Assembly: GCF_016433145.1 (NCBI RefSeq)
Contig: NC_058133.1
Location: 439,149,854 to 439,213,853, forward strand
DNA: 64,000 nt
Direction: 5' to 3'
Source: Gracilinanus agilis
Lineage: Eukaryota
In this document: piece after piece, positions 37,101-49,849 of the stretch
How positions within the stretch are numbered: the stretch's first letter is position 1
Layout: the number at the start of each line of letters is the position of its first letter
The notes under the pieces: generated by a model
The model's database searches: none
What the model saw: only the letters and a program-made list of their open reading frames with translations
What the model was told of the DNA's origin: nothing
Program-made: the position numbers and the translations under genes

Positions 37101-38699
37101 GTTTCTAATGATGTGCTTGACATAAAGAAGGCAGATTGACACAGCATTTTTAAGGACCAGCTTTATACCTATATATACCTATAAAGCTAATAGTTGCTCC
37201 CAATGGAGCAAGAGTTAAAGGACATGAGTGAGCAATTTTTCCAATGTGTAAATAAAATGTGTTAATGATGTGAAAAAAACCCTCATTCCCTTATGATCAG
37301 AAACAAAAATCCATATTGCTTTGAAATAGGACTTTGTACCCAGCACATTTTCCACTATTTATAGTACAAAATAAAATTCAATGTTGGCAGAACAACAAGG
37401 AAACGGGAACTTCATGGAAATGTAATTGTGATGTTGGAATTCTGATTTTGTTCTTTGAACCAATACTTCTGACTAATACTTTCACGATCTATCTGTAAAA
37501 TAATAACACTTGCTTTGTTTGTAAAAGTAAAATATTGAAACAACCTATAAATTCATTGACAATTAGAGATTGGTCAAAGAAATTATAGTATAGTGATCTA
37601 ACATAATACAGTGGTGCTATAAAAATAAAAATGAATAAAAGGAAATAAGGAAAGATTTATGAAATTATGGAAAGCACAGCCAGCAGATTAAAAATAATAC
37701 AAACATAGAATGTGGTTTTATATATATATATATACACACACACACTTGTGCACATTTATGTGTATGTGCAAATACATATGTGTTCAGACTTGTGGGTTTA
37801 AGAAATAAAGCTAAAAGTAGTGGAAATTAGAGACAGATTTAGATCTGGAGCAATTACATTCTTTTGTTGATTTCTTATCTGTTACTCTGGTTCTACTTTG
37901 TTAAATACATAGTGTAATAGATGAAGGCTTTTATATATGCTTTTGTTCCTTATTTCCCTGCTTTATTTGATAATTTGTCTCTGTGGATAGTTATAGTTAA
38001 AATTAAAAAATTTTAAACAAAGCAAAATAGTAAAAAAAATTCTTATCTTTTATAAACTTAAATAAATTTCAGTGAAACTGAGAACATGCATAAATAATGA
38101 TACATGTAAAATCTATTTCAGATAACTTACCATCTCAGGGAGAGGGGAAGGGCAGGAACAAGGAAGAAAATTTTGAACTCAACATTTAAAAAAATGAACA
38201 TTAAAAATTATCTTGACATGTAATTTGGGGAAAATAAATAATATACCATTCCTAATATTAGCAAAATCATATTCAGACATTGCATCAAATAAAACGAACT
38301 CTTGCTTTTAGTCTGGTAATTGATATATCTGAAAGCTGTTTTATGATGATAAAATGAAAACTATTTATATGATGTTTTTATGATCCATAAAGATGATAAT
38401 GGTTAATCTTTTGAACCACTGATGATTCGTGATTAATGATTAATCTTTTAAACTACTGATAGTTTATCTTCCACGGACTTTGCAAGTATTTGAGCTAGTT
38501 TTGTTAACTGAAAACAATCATATCATTGTTTAATTTTCTCATAGAGTTGCAAAACAATTCTGAAATAAATTGCTGCTTTAAAATGTCAATTGTTTACCTT
38601 CTAAAAGGTAAAGCAGTATGTAATTCTGAATTGAGACAAAGATGTACTAAGGTAAAGTCAAACAAGAAAGCAATTTTGTAAGAAAAGGTTGATTAATTC

Positions 38700-39780
38700 T
38701 TCCTGACCTTGTCAATTAATTAAATAACATTTATTAAGCATGCAATATGTACCAGACACCACGGCAGGCACTAGAGGTACAAAAATAAAAATGAGACAGT
38801 CCCTGCTCTAAAGGAGAGAAAAAGAAAAGAAACTACTTAAAAGGATACAAATTAAATAAGATAATGGAGAGGGAAGTAAGTGGGGGATTGGGAAAACCCT
38901 TACGTGTGATGTAGCATTTTATCTGAGATTTGAAAGAAACTAGAGATTCTAATTGATACTGGTAAAGATAGAATGCATTCCAAGCATGGGAACAGCCTGC
39001 ACAAAAGTGTGACACTGGAAGGTAGATCATCTTGTGTGAGGAACACAACAAAATGTTATGTTTGGCTGGTCCACAGGGTAATATGCAACAAGCCTAGAAA
39101 GGTAAGCCAGAGCCATATTGTAAAGGACATTAAAATGCCCCAAAGAGTAATTTGTATTTGATCTTAGATGTACTAGGGAGCCCCTGTACTTATCAAGCAA
39201 GGGAATCAAGTGGACATACCTTTGTATTAAGTGTATCTCCTTGATAGTTTTGTAGTGAATGGTTTAGGAAGAGGAGACTTGAGATGGAATACCAACAAGG
39301 TAAGGCTATCACAGAAGGCTGGTGGCAATGAGAGCATCCAATGGCATGGTAGAGAATGGGATAGAAAGGAGAGTTGTGAAGGTAATACTTGCCCACTTAT
39401 TATTGTATATGGGAAGAAAGGGTGGTGATGAAGGAGAATGAGAAGGTCTAACTCTAAGGTTGCAAACCTTGACGACAAACGATAGTCATGTCTTCAATAG
39501 AAATCAGGAAGTTAGAAAGAAAGGTGGGTTTGGAGGAAAAGATCATGAGTTCTGTTTGGGACATATTGAGTTTGAGATGTCTACTATTTGGAAATGGCCA
39601 ATGGGCATTTGATGATTTAGGTTCTGGAGATTGGCAAACAAACTCAGGCTAGATTTACAGATCTGGGAGTCATCTGCATAGAGATGGTTAACTGAAGTCA
39701 TTTAGAGCTGAAATGGTCACCTGAGAAAGTGTAGAGAGAGAATAGAAGAAGCCACTTACAGAAATCCAGTGAGGAAAGAT
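38700..39780. mobile_element. L2 fragment, opposite orientation to 34480-35330
   Basis: aacatttattaagcatgcaatatgtaccagacac...; tgagttctgtttgggacatattgagtttgagatgtc. Confidence 0.75.
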
Positions 39781-40689
39781 TCTCCAGAAAGAGGGTATTT
39801 TAAAGCAAATTCAACCTAGGAACAAATATAATTTGTAAAATATAAATTGGTAAATTGGTAAAATTTACCAATGAAGCCCTTTTCATTTCTAGGAAGTTCA
39901 AAAATGTTAAATTATTCTTTTCTTTTAAACTTCTTTTTTGCATAAAATATAGTTGTACCTTATTAAGAAATCTATAGTGAGAAAATAAGCACTTAAATGA
40001 TTAATATATTTTTTATTTCATAAGTTTGAATAAGCAACAGTATTTCCAAGAATGACTTCATGCAAGAATTCCATTCAAAATAACTTTAAAATGCACAAAA
40101 CATCTGTGCATTAACCTACCTACCAAACCACTAGGCCTGCAGAAATATAACTATATTGTTAGCTTTATAGTAATTAAGGGAAAATTAGCTTACTATAGAA
40201 ATATTCATTGTTCATAGTTGGACTGATGAATATAATAAAAATGATTTTACCTAAATTAATTTACAGTAGTATACCAATCAAACTCCAAGGAGTAGCTTTT
40301 GAGAACTAGACAAAATGATGATTCATTTAGAGGAACAAAAGTTCAAGACTCCTAAGAGGAAAAACAAAACAGGAATGCAGGTCACCTTACCATTGCCAGA
40401 TCTCAAACACGTTAAAGTGGTTAATATTGAAACCATTGCAAAAGAACAGAAGGAAGTATCTTTTACAACTATGACTGGGGGAGAAGTCTAAGCAAACAAG
40501 GGTGTTAGAAGTGACCAGAGAAGACAAAGAATTTCAGTTACTAAAATTTTAAAGCTTTTACTCTATAAGATCAATGTAGCTAGGATAAAATGATAAACTA
40601 CCAATTTTGGAAGAATATTTTTATCAAAAATCTGGTAATTTTATATCCAAGATATAAGGATTTGGTACAAATAAGTAAGTGAGATATCT

Positions 40690-40992
40690 CCTACTTGTGT
40701 GATCCAGAGGAAGTCATTTAACCCTCATTACTAGACCTGTGTTAGCAAACCTATGGCACATGTACCTTCTCCACTGCACCTGAGGACATTTTTCACATTA
40801 CCCGCCCCTCTGCCCAGCAGCCCAGTGGGAGCACTTCCTCCCTTCCCTGTCTGGGGTAAGGGGGTAGCTCACATATGGCATGAGGGTGCAATTTGGGCAG
40901 TTGGTCTCTAAAAGTTTGCCATTTTACTTTTCTCTTCTGCTTTGGAACCAGTACACCGTATTGATTCTAAGATGAAAGGTAAGAGTTTAAAA
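40690..40992 (+). mobile_element. 5'-truncated SINE1_Mdo-like SINE interrupted by a hAT MITE
   Basis: aagtcatttaaccctcatt before 40737; ctcttctgctttggaaccagtac...gattctaagatgaaaggtaag after 40922. Confidence 0.75.
40737..40922. mobile_element. Short deletion derivative of the 7690/27143 hAT family
   Basis: Left TIR ctgtgttagcaaacctatggcaca, shared internal unit cctgaggacatt...cagcagccc, right end aagtttgccat with the last bases and right TSD missing. Confidence 0.8.
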
Positions 40993-43579
40993 TATATATG
41001 GTGAAAAGCTATTCCTCAGTCTAAAAGATGTCAAAACATGACCAGTTTTCAAGACTTGCAAACAATCAATATCCATATCAAAGACTGCTCCAAATAATTT
41101 AATAAGAAAAATGTAAATTAAAACAACTGGAGTTTCACCTCCCATTCAACAAATTGACTAAGATGATAAAAGATGGTTGCATTAGTTTTGGGAAGACAGG
41201 CACACCAACCACACTGCTGGAGCTATACATAGGTGCAATCATTATAAACAATTTGATTTTTTGCAAGAAAATTCACTGGCTTGCTCATAATTTCCTCCAA
41301 GAAGATCATGACAGAAAGAAAGGCACGATGTATAAAAATCACAGTAGCTTCACTCTCTGAGAGCAGAATAAATAGAAACAAAGTAGATGTCCAATTAGTG
41401 CTAAACAAATTGAGGCACATGAATATATATAATGAATTATTATTGCACTGTGAATTAGTTTTGAATTTGAAAAATTGAGAGAATCCCAAGAACACTTGCA
41501 TGAACTAACGCCAAGTAGAACTAAAAAAACATGTACATCAATTATAATAATATGAATAAAAACTCTAAAATGTAGCTAAACCCAGCATTATTGCAATTAC
41601 TGATTTTGGTCTTGCATAATAGATAATGAAACAATTCCTCTTGCTAGAGGAATTGCATATGTAGAATGTTGTGTTGCTTTTAAACATGGTCAATTTTCAG
41701 TTATATTTGTTTTTCTTGGTTACAAGAGGAAATTCACAGAATGGAGAAAATTCATTGAGAAATGATAATGATATAAAAAGCAAAAGACTTAAACCCTTTT
41801 TTTAAAGTGGCATAAGAGTATCTTCCAGAAAATTCATAATCCGAAATGGAACTGAGTGGCCATTTAGTGATGCGAGGAATAATGGACACCATAAAATTTT
41901 CCTGTACTTTGGATAGATGTTTTTATGAAGGGGGTATATGGACAAGAATCATTCAGGATAAAACAGTGTGCCTGAATTAAGATCATATTTGGAGGGAGAA
42001 TTACCCCCACTGAGGAGCTCACAGATCTAATAAAACCTAATATATTTAAAAATAATGCTACATACTCTCACCTATATGAAAGAATATGTTAGGGATGTCC
42101 TCTCATCTCTTCATTTGAGTCAAGAATATATTCTTACTATGTTGTATGGTTTCTAATGGAGTAAACGAACATGGTCAACTTGACATACGATACTGTTATT
42201 TTTTGAAATATTGTATTAAAAAGGTGGCCAAATGACACTTCTCACAAGGCTGGTTGCTTGTATAGTAAGTAAAAATATTTAGTTTCCAGGCTTTGGAGGT
42301 AAAAATACAAGCATTATGTAATTACTAAATTGGTGAATATATTTAAAAAAATTTTTTTTCCTTGTTTACATTTTGTACTTTATGGCTTAAAAGGTTATTA
42401 ATGCCTTCATCTTCAATAATGAACATAGAACCAAAAATTTAGAGACAACATTGTAAGATGTCAGGTTTACATAAAATTATTTTGTACAATGTTTTATGGG
42501 GACTGGCTCTCAGGTGATTTTAGTTATATTTTTAAAAGAAACTAAAGTAATTGTGTTTAAGAACATAAGACTATTGTTATATGGTTTAGATTACATCTTC
42601 CCTGCCTTATAAGAGTAATTTACTTCTGGGAAAATGTTGATAGGGGGGAAAAGCTGTTGGGTACAATATAGTCTCATAAGTCAAACAGGTAAGCACCATT
42701 AATTTCAAAGGAACATAATTTGTTGTGAGTCTCTAACATTCACTGATATTTAATGTTTATCTAATTGAACTTTTAATATGCAACCAGGGTTTTAAAAAAC
42801 CCAGAACAAAAGAGGCAAAAAGAAATCAGTGAGAAAAATGCAAATGATATCACATTCACCAAATTGGAATCCTGTGAAAGTTGCGAAATCCACAGAAAAC
42901 AATTCCTTTAGAATCAGAGTATTTTATGAAAGAATATAACCTCAGCCCAGTTTTTCCTTAACTAAAAGTATTTGACTGGCCTCAGACACTTTCTAGTGGT
43001 ATGACTCAGGGCAAGTCACTAAACCCCAAATGCCTGGCCCCTTACAACTTTTCTGCATTTAAAACTGATACTCAGTATTGATTCTAAGACAGAAAGTAAG
43101 GGATTTTTTTGTTTGTTTTGTTTTAAATAATTGACAGGAAACTTGAACTTCTATGTCTAACTTGAGAGAAGGAGACTGAACTTTTGAACTCATGAGCTAC
43201 TTCATTCAGACAAAGAAAAGGTTTAAGTTGTATAAAATACAGAATAAGGTATTAGAGTAGAATCAATTACAGAGTGAAATAAAAATGTAAAATTCAGGGT
43301 TAATATTTCATTTTCATAATTCCAATTCAGGTCTTCTGACTCCAAATCCTATGCCCTATCCACTGTACCATGTAGCTACCACCAAATTAATAAAGGTAGT
43401 GTTCCAAATGTACAGCATAATGCAATAAAAAACTGCCCTTTCTACACCATTTCATGTACTCATCTTAATTCATTAAACATTTCTTAAGCACCTACTATGT
43501 GTATTCACTGTGCTAGACTGAGCTAAGATCAAAATGAAATGGTTCCTGTCTTCAAGAATCTTAAATTCTCTTAGAATCC

Positions 43580-44220
43580 TTTATCCAGTTTAATCTATAC
43601 TTGCTCTGATGGTGACCTGGCTAAGTTAGTCCTGGCGATAAACTATTTGCCATTCAAAAGACCAGTCTAGCTGAGTCTGAACAAGATTGTTTATAATAGG
43701 TTGGCCACTATATGATATAGTTCTTTGTCATTTGCAACTCATGAAACAAAAAATACACAATAGCTGTAAGTGCCCCCTTTGCTTCTACAGTGATGTTGTT
43801 AGATTAGCAGGAAACGGGGCAGAGAGCGCCAAAAATCATCCTAAGGGAGCTAGAGATTTAAGAGAAGACAGCAGACACTGTAGAGCTGAATTGGTTCACT
43901 GCCAAAACCAAATTGCAGCAGAGCAGAAAGATGTCTCACAGGTTATCTCTAAACTAGTAAAATAATACTTATTTTCTAATATCCTTATACTTTGGAGACA
44001 CAAAGAAGTTGTGCCCAGAGGCATTGGGCAAGGGGACCACTTGGAAGGTGCTTATAGGTTATTTGCCAACATTTCTTGTAGGAAATAAGGAAGCAGAGAA
44101 ATTCTACATGGAACTTGATAATTTACCCCCAATCCATGAACCTCAATCAAATCAATGCTGCTGTTGTCCCTCTGGCCCCTGTTACCAACACCAGAGTACC
44201 CTTCTCTGATCACTAGTCCT
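43580..44220 (+). mobile_element. RTE LINE 5'/endonuclease fragment
   Basis: ORF 44009 contains IGYLPTFLVGNKEAEKFYMELD (RTE EN motif AYAPTS...EVEKFYEELD). Confidence 0.7.
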
Positions 44221-44257
44221 GTAAATATATTATCACTCTATTAGAATGTAAACCCCT

Positions 44258-44459
44258 GGGCAGCTAGGTAGCTCAGTGGATTGAAAACCAGGCTGAGACA
44301 GGAAATCCTGGGTTCAGATTTGGATTTTAGACAGTTCCTAATTGTGTGACCCTGAGCAAGTCACTTAACCTCCATTTCCTAGCCCATAGTGCTCTTCTGC
44401 TGTGGAACCAACACAGTATTGATTCTATAACAGAAGGTAAGGTTTAAAAAAAAAAAAAA
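44258..44459 (+). mobile_element. SINE1_Mdo-like SINE
   Basis: Head, hairpin tail, poly(A). Confidence 0.85.
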
Positions 44460-45401
44460 GAATATAAGTTCTTTGAAGAGTGGAATTAGCTTCACTTTTG
44501 TATTTGTATCTCTACCCCAGCACAGTCCTTAGGATATAGCGAACAATTATTAAATGCTTTTTCATTCAAATCAAGTCCATGTACACCTTGATACTTGGTA
44601 ATTCAAACAGAAAGTACAAAAATTTTGTTGGAAAAAAATGGTCAGAAATTAAGAAATAAAAGATCAAAGCATTATAAATTACTAAGAAGTCTTACATCTG
44701 TTGATTATATTTTCTTTTAGAAGAATTTTGGAAGGCAATGGTGACCACTGAATTATAACACGATGCCATCCATCAAGCAACAAAAATTTATTAAATGCCT
44801 ACTATGTGGCCTTTGCCAGACCCTGGGTATTCTAATGAGGAATGCAGAATTAGGAAAACAGTATACACAGTAATGACAGTGATACAAATGTAAAGAAGAA
44901 CAACACAATAAAAACACAATGCTTCAAAATTATAATGACTTAGCTAAGCCCCAAGGAAGAAATATAAAAAGGACCTCCCCTTGCTTTTCTGCAGAGGTGG
45001 GAGGCCATGTATGTGAAATAGTACATATGAGTTCAGGCTTTTTCAATATGTTGCTTAATTTTGCTAAACTGTTTCCTTTTCTCTTTTTTTTTATTTTTCA
45101 TTATGAAAGATGGTTCCCTGAAAGGGGGAGGAAGAAGATGTTTTGGAAAATATAGGTGATAAAAAAAAACAAAAGATATCAATAAAATATTTTTAGAAGA
45201 AAAAAGAAAATTCAAGTTTTTATTAATTACTACAAAAAGCCCAACAGAAATGAGATATCTGAAGAATAAAGAATAATTCCATGCTATAACCAAGAAAGGT
45301 AAGTTCAAATGGTACTAAAGTAATCAACTAAATATATTTTCTCATCTGTAAAATGAATCAGATTATATAATCACCAAAGTCCCTTCCAGCTGCAAGTCCT
45401 C

Positions 45402-45538
45402 NNNNNNNNNNNNNNNNNNNNNNNNNNNNNNNNNNNNNNNNNNNNNNNNNNNNNNNNNNNNNNNNNNNNNNNNNNNNNNNNNNNNNNNNNNNNNNNNNNN
45501 NNNNNNNNNNNNNNNNNNNNNNNNNNNNNNNNNNNNNN
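45402..45538. other. Assembly gap (137 N)
   Basis: Direct reading; a minus-strand SINE1-like element follows at 45539-45700. Confidence 0.99.
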
Positions 45539-46363
45539 TCAATACTGTGTATTGGTTCCAAGGGAGAAGAGCAGTAAGGACTAGGTAATGGGGCTTAAGT
45601 GACTTGCCCAGGGTAACATAGCTAAGAAGTACTTGAAGCCAGATTTAAGCCTCCCACCTCTAGGCCTGGCTCTTTACTTACTGAGCCACCCAGTTCCCCC
45701 TTAGATTTGTTATATTCTTAATCCTGAAAGATTTAGGTGCTTCCAAGAGAATAAGACAAAAAAATGGGAAGAGGGTTGTTCTTTTTGTTGTAAAACCAGT
45801 GGGGTTCTTTGGAATTTGTGCTTTTCCTGAAGGAACTTGTCTCCTTCAAAATCTAAAATCTATTGTAGAACCATAATGGATGTAATTCCTCAGCTATCTA
45901 GAGTTCAGACTTCTAGAAAACTTAACCATGTCTTTGGCAAAGAAAATGAATGTATGAATGAAGAAAATTGAAAAAAGCATTAATTTATTAATTATTACAA
46001 AATATTAATTAAAGTATTGATTAAAGATCCTGTTAGTGATCAGAAAATAGCTAGGAACATTTCACCTGATATATTGCTATTGGTCAGTTCCATAACTAAA
46101 ATAAAAGGATTGTTATAATTGGCTATGAAAGCCAAGATCCTTAGAACAAAATTTGAAAAATGGTGAAGTAGCAGATGAAAAAGAAGAATGAAGAAATGAA
46201 AACAACAAATAAAGAACAGAGGAAACTGACAGTAGACCTAGTGGTAGAGATTGGGTGCAGTAATGAAAGAAGGAAGTAATGGATGCCAGGAAAATGGTGA
46301 AGAAGGCCTGCTACAAGGAAACAGCCTATTTTCTATTGTATTTTATTTTATTAACTATTTCCT

Positions 46364-47573
46364 AGCACTTTAGGCACTATACTATGCTGTCCCTTAACAA
46401 TAATAGAATCTTCGATTTGGAAGTGACTTCAGAGCCATTTAGTCCAACATATACCCGAACAAAAATCTCAACCCATATAGCTTTACAGCTTTTGCTTGAA
46501 GATCTCCAGTGTCCATAATGAGAGGTGATAGTTCATTGCTCTCTAGCATAGAGATGGTAATTAAATCCATGGGAGCTGATGAAATCACCAAGTGAAGTAG
46601 TATAGAGGGAGAAGGTTAAAGAGTACAATCTAGATGATGATCCTACAAAGAAGATCAAGAAGGAAGTGTCAGATAGGTAGAAGGAGAACCAGGAAAGAGT
46701 GGTGGCCCTAAAACCTAGGGACAAGAGAGTATCAAAGAAAAGAGGGTGACGAACAGGGTCAAAGGCTCCACAGAGGTCAAGAAGAATGAAGACAGAGAAA
46801 AGGCCCCTGGATTTGGCAATTAAAGTGGCTTATCAAGTTAAATCAAATTTAGCTGTTATATTCCCTCTAAAACTAGTTTTTAAAAAAATCTTTCCTAAAT
46901 ACATGATGGAGGAGACAAATTCAGGTAACAATTCATCTGAAAAAAAAGATTGGTATTTTACTTACTACAGGATAATATAAATCAACAACAGTAATCAGAG
47001 ATTTAGAAAGGACCTTGAAAGTTATCTAGTTCAGTGCTATCATTTTACAAATGAGGAAACAGGTTGTCTTCACGAAGGTTGTTCATATGGAAGAGCTGGG
47101 ATTTGACCCCACATATTCCAACTCAGTCCATTGCTGTTTCCAGTGTACCATGCTGATGCCTCCAAAAGCTGTCCATTTATATCAGTAACATCAATTTGCA
47201 AAGTGTTTTATCTATGGTTGAACTCTCAATAGTTTGGTAAGTTAGGACCTATTGTTCTTTTTTAATTTAGTTTTTTTCCCTTTTTCAGATAAGGTCACCG
47301 AGACTTTTAAAGGTTGTGACTTGCCCAGAGTCATACAGCTATTAAGTGCTAGAGGTGGGATTCGAATATACAATTCTAATAACACCAAGTGAAGCACTTT
47401 AGGCACTATACTATGCTGTCCCTTAACAATAATAGAATCTTCGATTTGGAAGAGACTTCAGAGGCATTTAGTTCAACATATACCCGAACAAAAATCTCAA
47501 CCCATATAGCTATACAGCTTTTGCTTGAAGATCTCCAGTGTCCATAATGAGAGGTGATAGTTCATTGCTCTCT
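46364..47573 (+). repeat. 181 bp direct repeat pair (46364-46544 and 47393-47573)
   Basis: Manual alignment: 4 substitutions, no indels seen. Confidence 0.93.
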
Positions 47574-47671
47574 GCCCTGTTCTCAGAACACATTTGGAGC
47601 ATTCTGTTCAGTCTTAGGCATGACATTTTTTCTTTTTTTCTTTTGTTAGACAAATAGGGCACAACATTTTT

Positions 47672-47867
47672 TTTTAACCCTTATCTTCTGTCTTAGAATC
47701 AATGTCAAGTGTCAGTTCTAAGACAGAAGAACAGTAAGGGCTAGGCAATTGGAGTTAAGTGACTTACCCAAGGTCACACAGCTAGGAAGTGTCTGAGGTC
47801 AGATTTGGACCCAGGACTTCCAGTCTCCATTCCTGGCTCTCTATCCACTGAGCCACCCAGCTGCCCA
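47672..47867 (-). mobile_element. SINE1_Mdo-like SINE
   Basis: Reverse-complement tail and head (ccactgagccacccagctgccc). Confidence 0.85.
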
Positions 47868-48296
47868 TAAGATACAACTTCTTAATAGGGGCATTGACAA
47901 GGTAGAATATGTCTAGACATGGGCAACCAGGATGGTGTGATGAATAGAACTCGTGTCATCTGAAGATCAGTTGAAGTAATTAGGTATGTTTAGCCTGTTG
48001 AAGGTTAGGATTGGATCTCCTGCTTACTGCTATAAGGTCTATAGAACTAGACACAGTGAATGGAAACAGAGAGGCAGATTTTGTCTCAATGTAAGGAATT
48101 TTTTCTTAATCTTTAGAGCTATACAGAAGTGTAGAGGACTGCCTTAGGAAGCTGTGTTCCCTTCAGTGGATTTATAAGGTTTTTGAAAGTGCAGCTATTG
48201 CTGCTGATCTTGTGACAGGAAATCTGCACTGCTCAGCCCTTCGGTATATACAATGCCAGGACCTCAGATAGCAGAGCATGATCTACAAAACTTTTC

Positions 48297-48499
48297 AGGG
48301 TATTTGGGTGGCTCAGTGGACAGAGAGCCAGTCTTAGAGACGGGAGGTCCTAGGTTCAAATCTGGCTTCAGATACTTCCTAGCTGTGTGACCCTGGGCAA
48401 GTCACTTAACCCCCATTGCCTAGGTCTTCCCACTCTTCTGCCTTGGAACCAATACACTATGTTGATTCTAAGACAGAAGGTAAGGGTTTTTAAAAAAAA
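48297..48499 (+). mobile_element. SINE1_Mdo-like SINE
   Basis: gggtggctcagtggacagagagccag...gattctaagacagaaggtaagggttttt. Confidence 0.85.
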
Positions 48500-48899
48500 G
48501 AGAGAGACTTTCTAAGGAATGTGCACAACACGAAGAAACACAAGAAAAGTCCCCAAGAAACCAGAGTCCCCAGTATGCTGCTCCTTTGTCACCAAGAGTG
48601 GGCCCTTGTCTCTCCTAATACTTGAAAACAGCCACAGAATCATTTTTGTCAATGTAGCCCCAAGGTCTACACAGTCATTGTGCTACATTGTGGATGTTTA
48701 ATAAACATTTGTCGATTGATCGTTCTCTTTCTTTCCAACAGACTATTCCATAGCCAGCCAGTATAGAAGCAGAAACCCAGAAAATCTGGGTGTCATTTTT
48801 ATCTTGCCCCCTTTGGCAGACTGAGGAGGGGGAAAGGTTCCTGCCTTCTCCGGGATCTTTTCTAGTGGGTGCTGCATACCTGTTCCCCAGCTGCTGTGG

Positions 48900-49410
48900 T
48901 TCCTAGGCTCCCGATGCCATGGGATGCTTTGCCTTTGACATTTAGCCTTCTGGATCTGCTAACGCCAGCATTAATTCTCTTAAAATGTTTTGACTTGCAG
49001 CCACATTACACAACCAGAAGAATATTAATTTTTCAAAGATTGGCTTTTGCTTCAGAGAGAAGCTTGGTTTATTTAAAGAACTCTGTAACATCCCAAAGAC
49101 AATATTGCCTAATATCGAGACTAAACTCATTGCCCATTTTCAGCGTCTGCCCAAATTATACTTACTAACAGACAAGCTCTGTAGATTGTTCTTTCAACTA
49201 TTTTGTCACAGTATGGTCAATGGTCATTCTTCAGGCATTTGGTTTTTCCTATGTGGTCAGTGAGTCCAAATTCTTGAGTGACTATGGATTTCATTTAGGA
49301 GGCTAAATGTTTCATGATGTGCACAAAAACAATAAGAAACATGTATTTGTAGAATACTTAGTTGTGTTGTCCTGCAGTGCTCATGATTTGCACTAACAAA
49401 AACAACTAAA
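48900..49410 (-). mobile_element. RTE LINE RT fragment
   Basis: Reverse complement reads LNEIHSHS...IGKTKCLKN...VFGMLQSSLNKP (RTE: EEIHNHSKEFGLTIH.GKTKWMKN...AFGKLQSSFNDP). Confidence 0.7.
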
Positions 49411-49422
49411 AAATAATTGCAA

Positions 49423-49849
49423 GGGGAGCTAGGTGGCTCAGTGGATTGAGAGCCAAGCCTAGAGATGGGAGGTCCTAGGTTCCAATCTGCCCTCAGACAC
49501 TTCCTAGCTATGTGATCCTGGGCAAGTCACTCAACCTTCATTGCCTACCAATGGTGAGGAACCTATGACACACGTACCAGAGGGGGAACTCAGACCCCTC
49601 TCTGTGGGCACACGTACCATCACCCCAGCACAGAGTTCACCAGAATGCATTACCAGAAAGCCAGAAGGACATGGGGCTGGGCTGGTCCCCACCCCATTTC
49701 TCCACGGGTGCCTGAGGACATTTCTCACATCACTCCACCACCACCCCCAAAAGCTTCGCCATCACTGCAGCCTAGTCCTTACCTCTCTTCTTCCTTGGAA
49801 CCAATACACAGTATTGATTCTAAGATGGAAGGTAAGGGTTTAAAAAATA
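49423..49849 (+). mobile_element. SINE1_Mdo-like SINE interrupted by a hAT MITE
   Basis: Full head and tail; TSD ataattgcaa (49413-49422) / ataactgcaa (49850-49859). Confidence 0.88.
49549..49767. mobile_element. 219 bp hAT MITE (7690/27143 family)
   Basis: Ends caatggtgaggaacct and agcttcgccatcactg; shared internal cctgaggacatttctcacatcac; degenerate TSD around gccta. Confidence 0.85.

Larger units (their letters stand above)
33380..41800 (+). mobile_element. Scattered fragments of old L1 ORF2 and 3' end, interleaved with L2, MIR and SINEs
   Basis: A-rich L1-like pieces at ~33380-34050, 34290-34480, 35330-35700, 37150-37700, 40240-40680, 41000-41800 (e.g. attaaaacaactggagtttcacctc); approximate. 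Confidence 0.55.

Noticed and set aside
38343-38459. C/D-box snoRNA-like pattern (ATGATGA at 38343, CTGA at 38419 and 38456)
   Set aside because: No terminal stem, very AT-rich context with many chance TGATGA-like words, a short local tandem duplication, and no host intron.
48942-49130. Protein-like minus-strand ORF (…FGMLQSSLNKP…)
   Set aside because: Part of an RTE reverse-transcriptase remnant, not a host gene.
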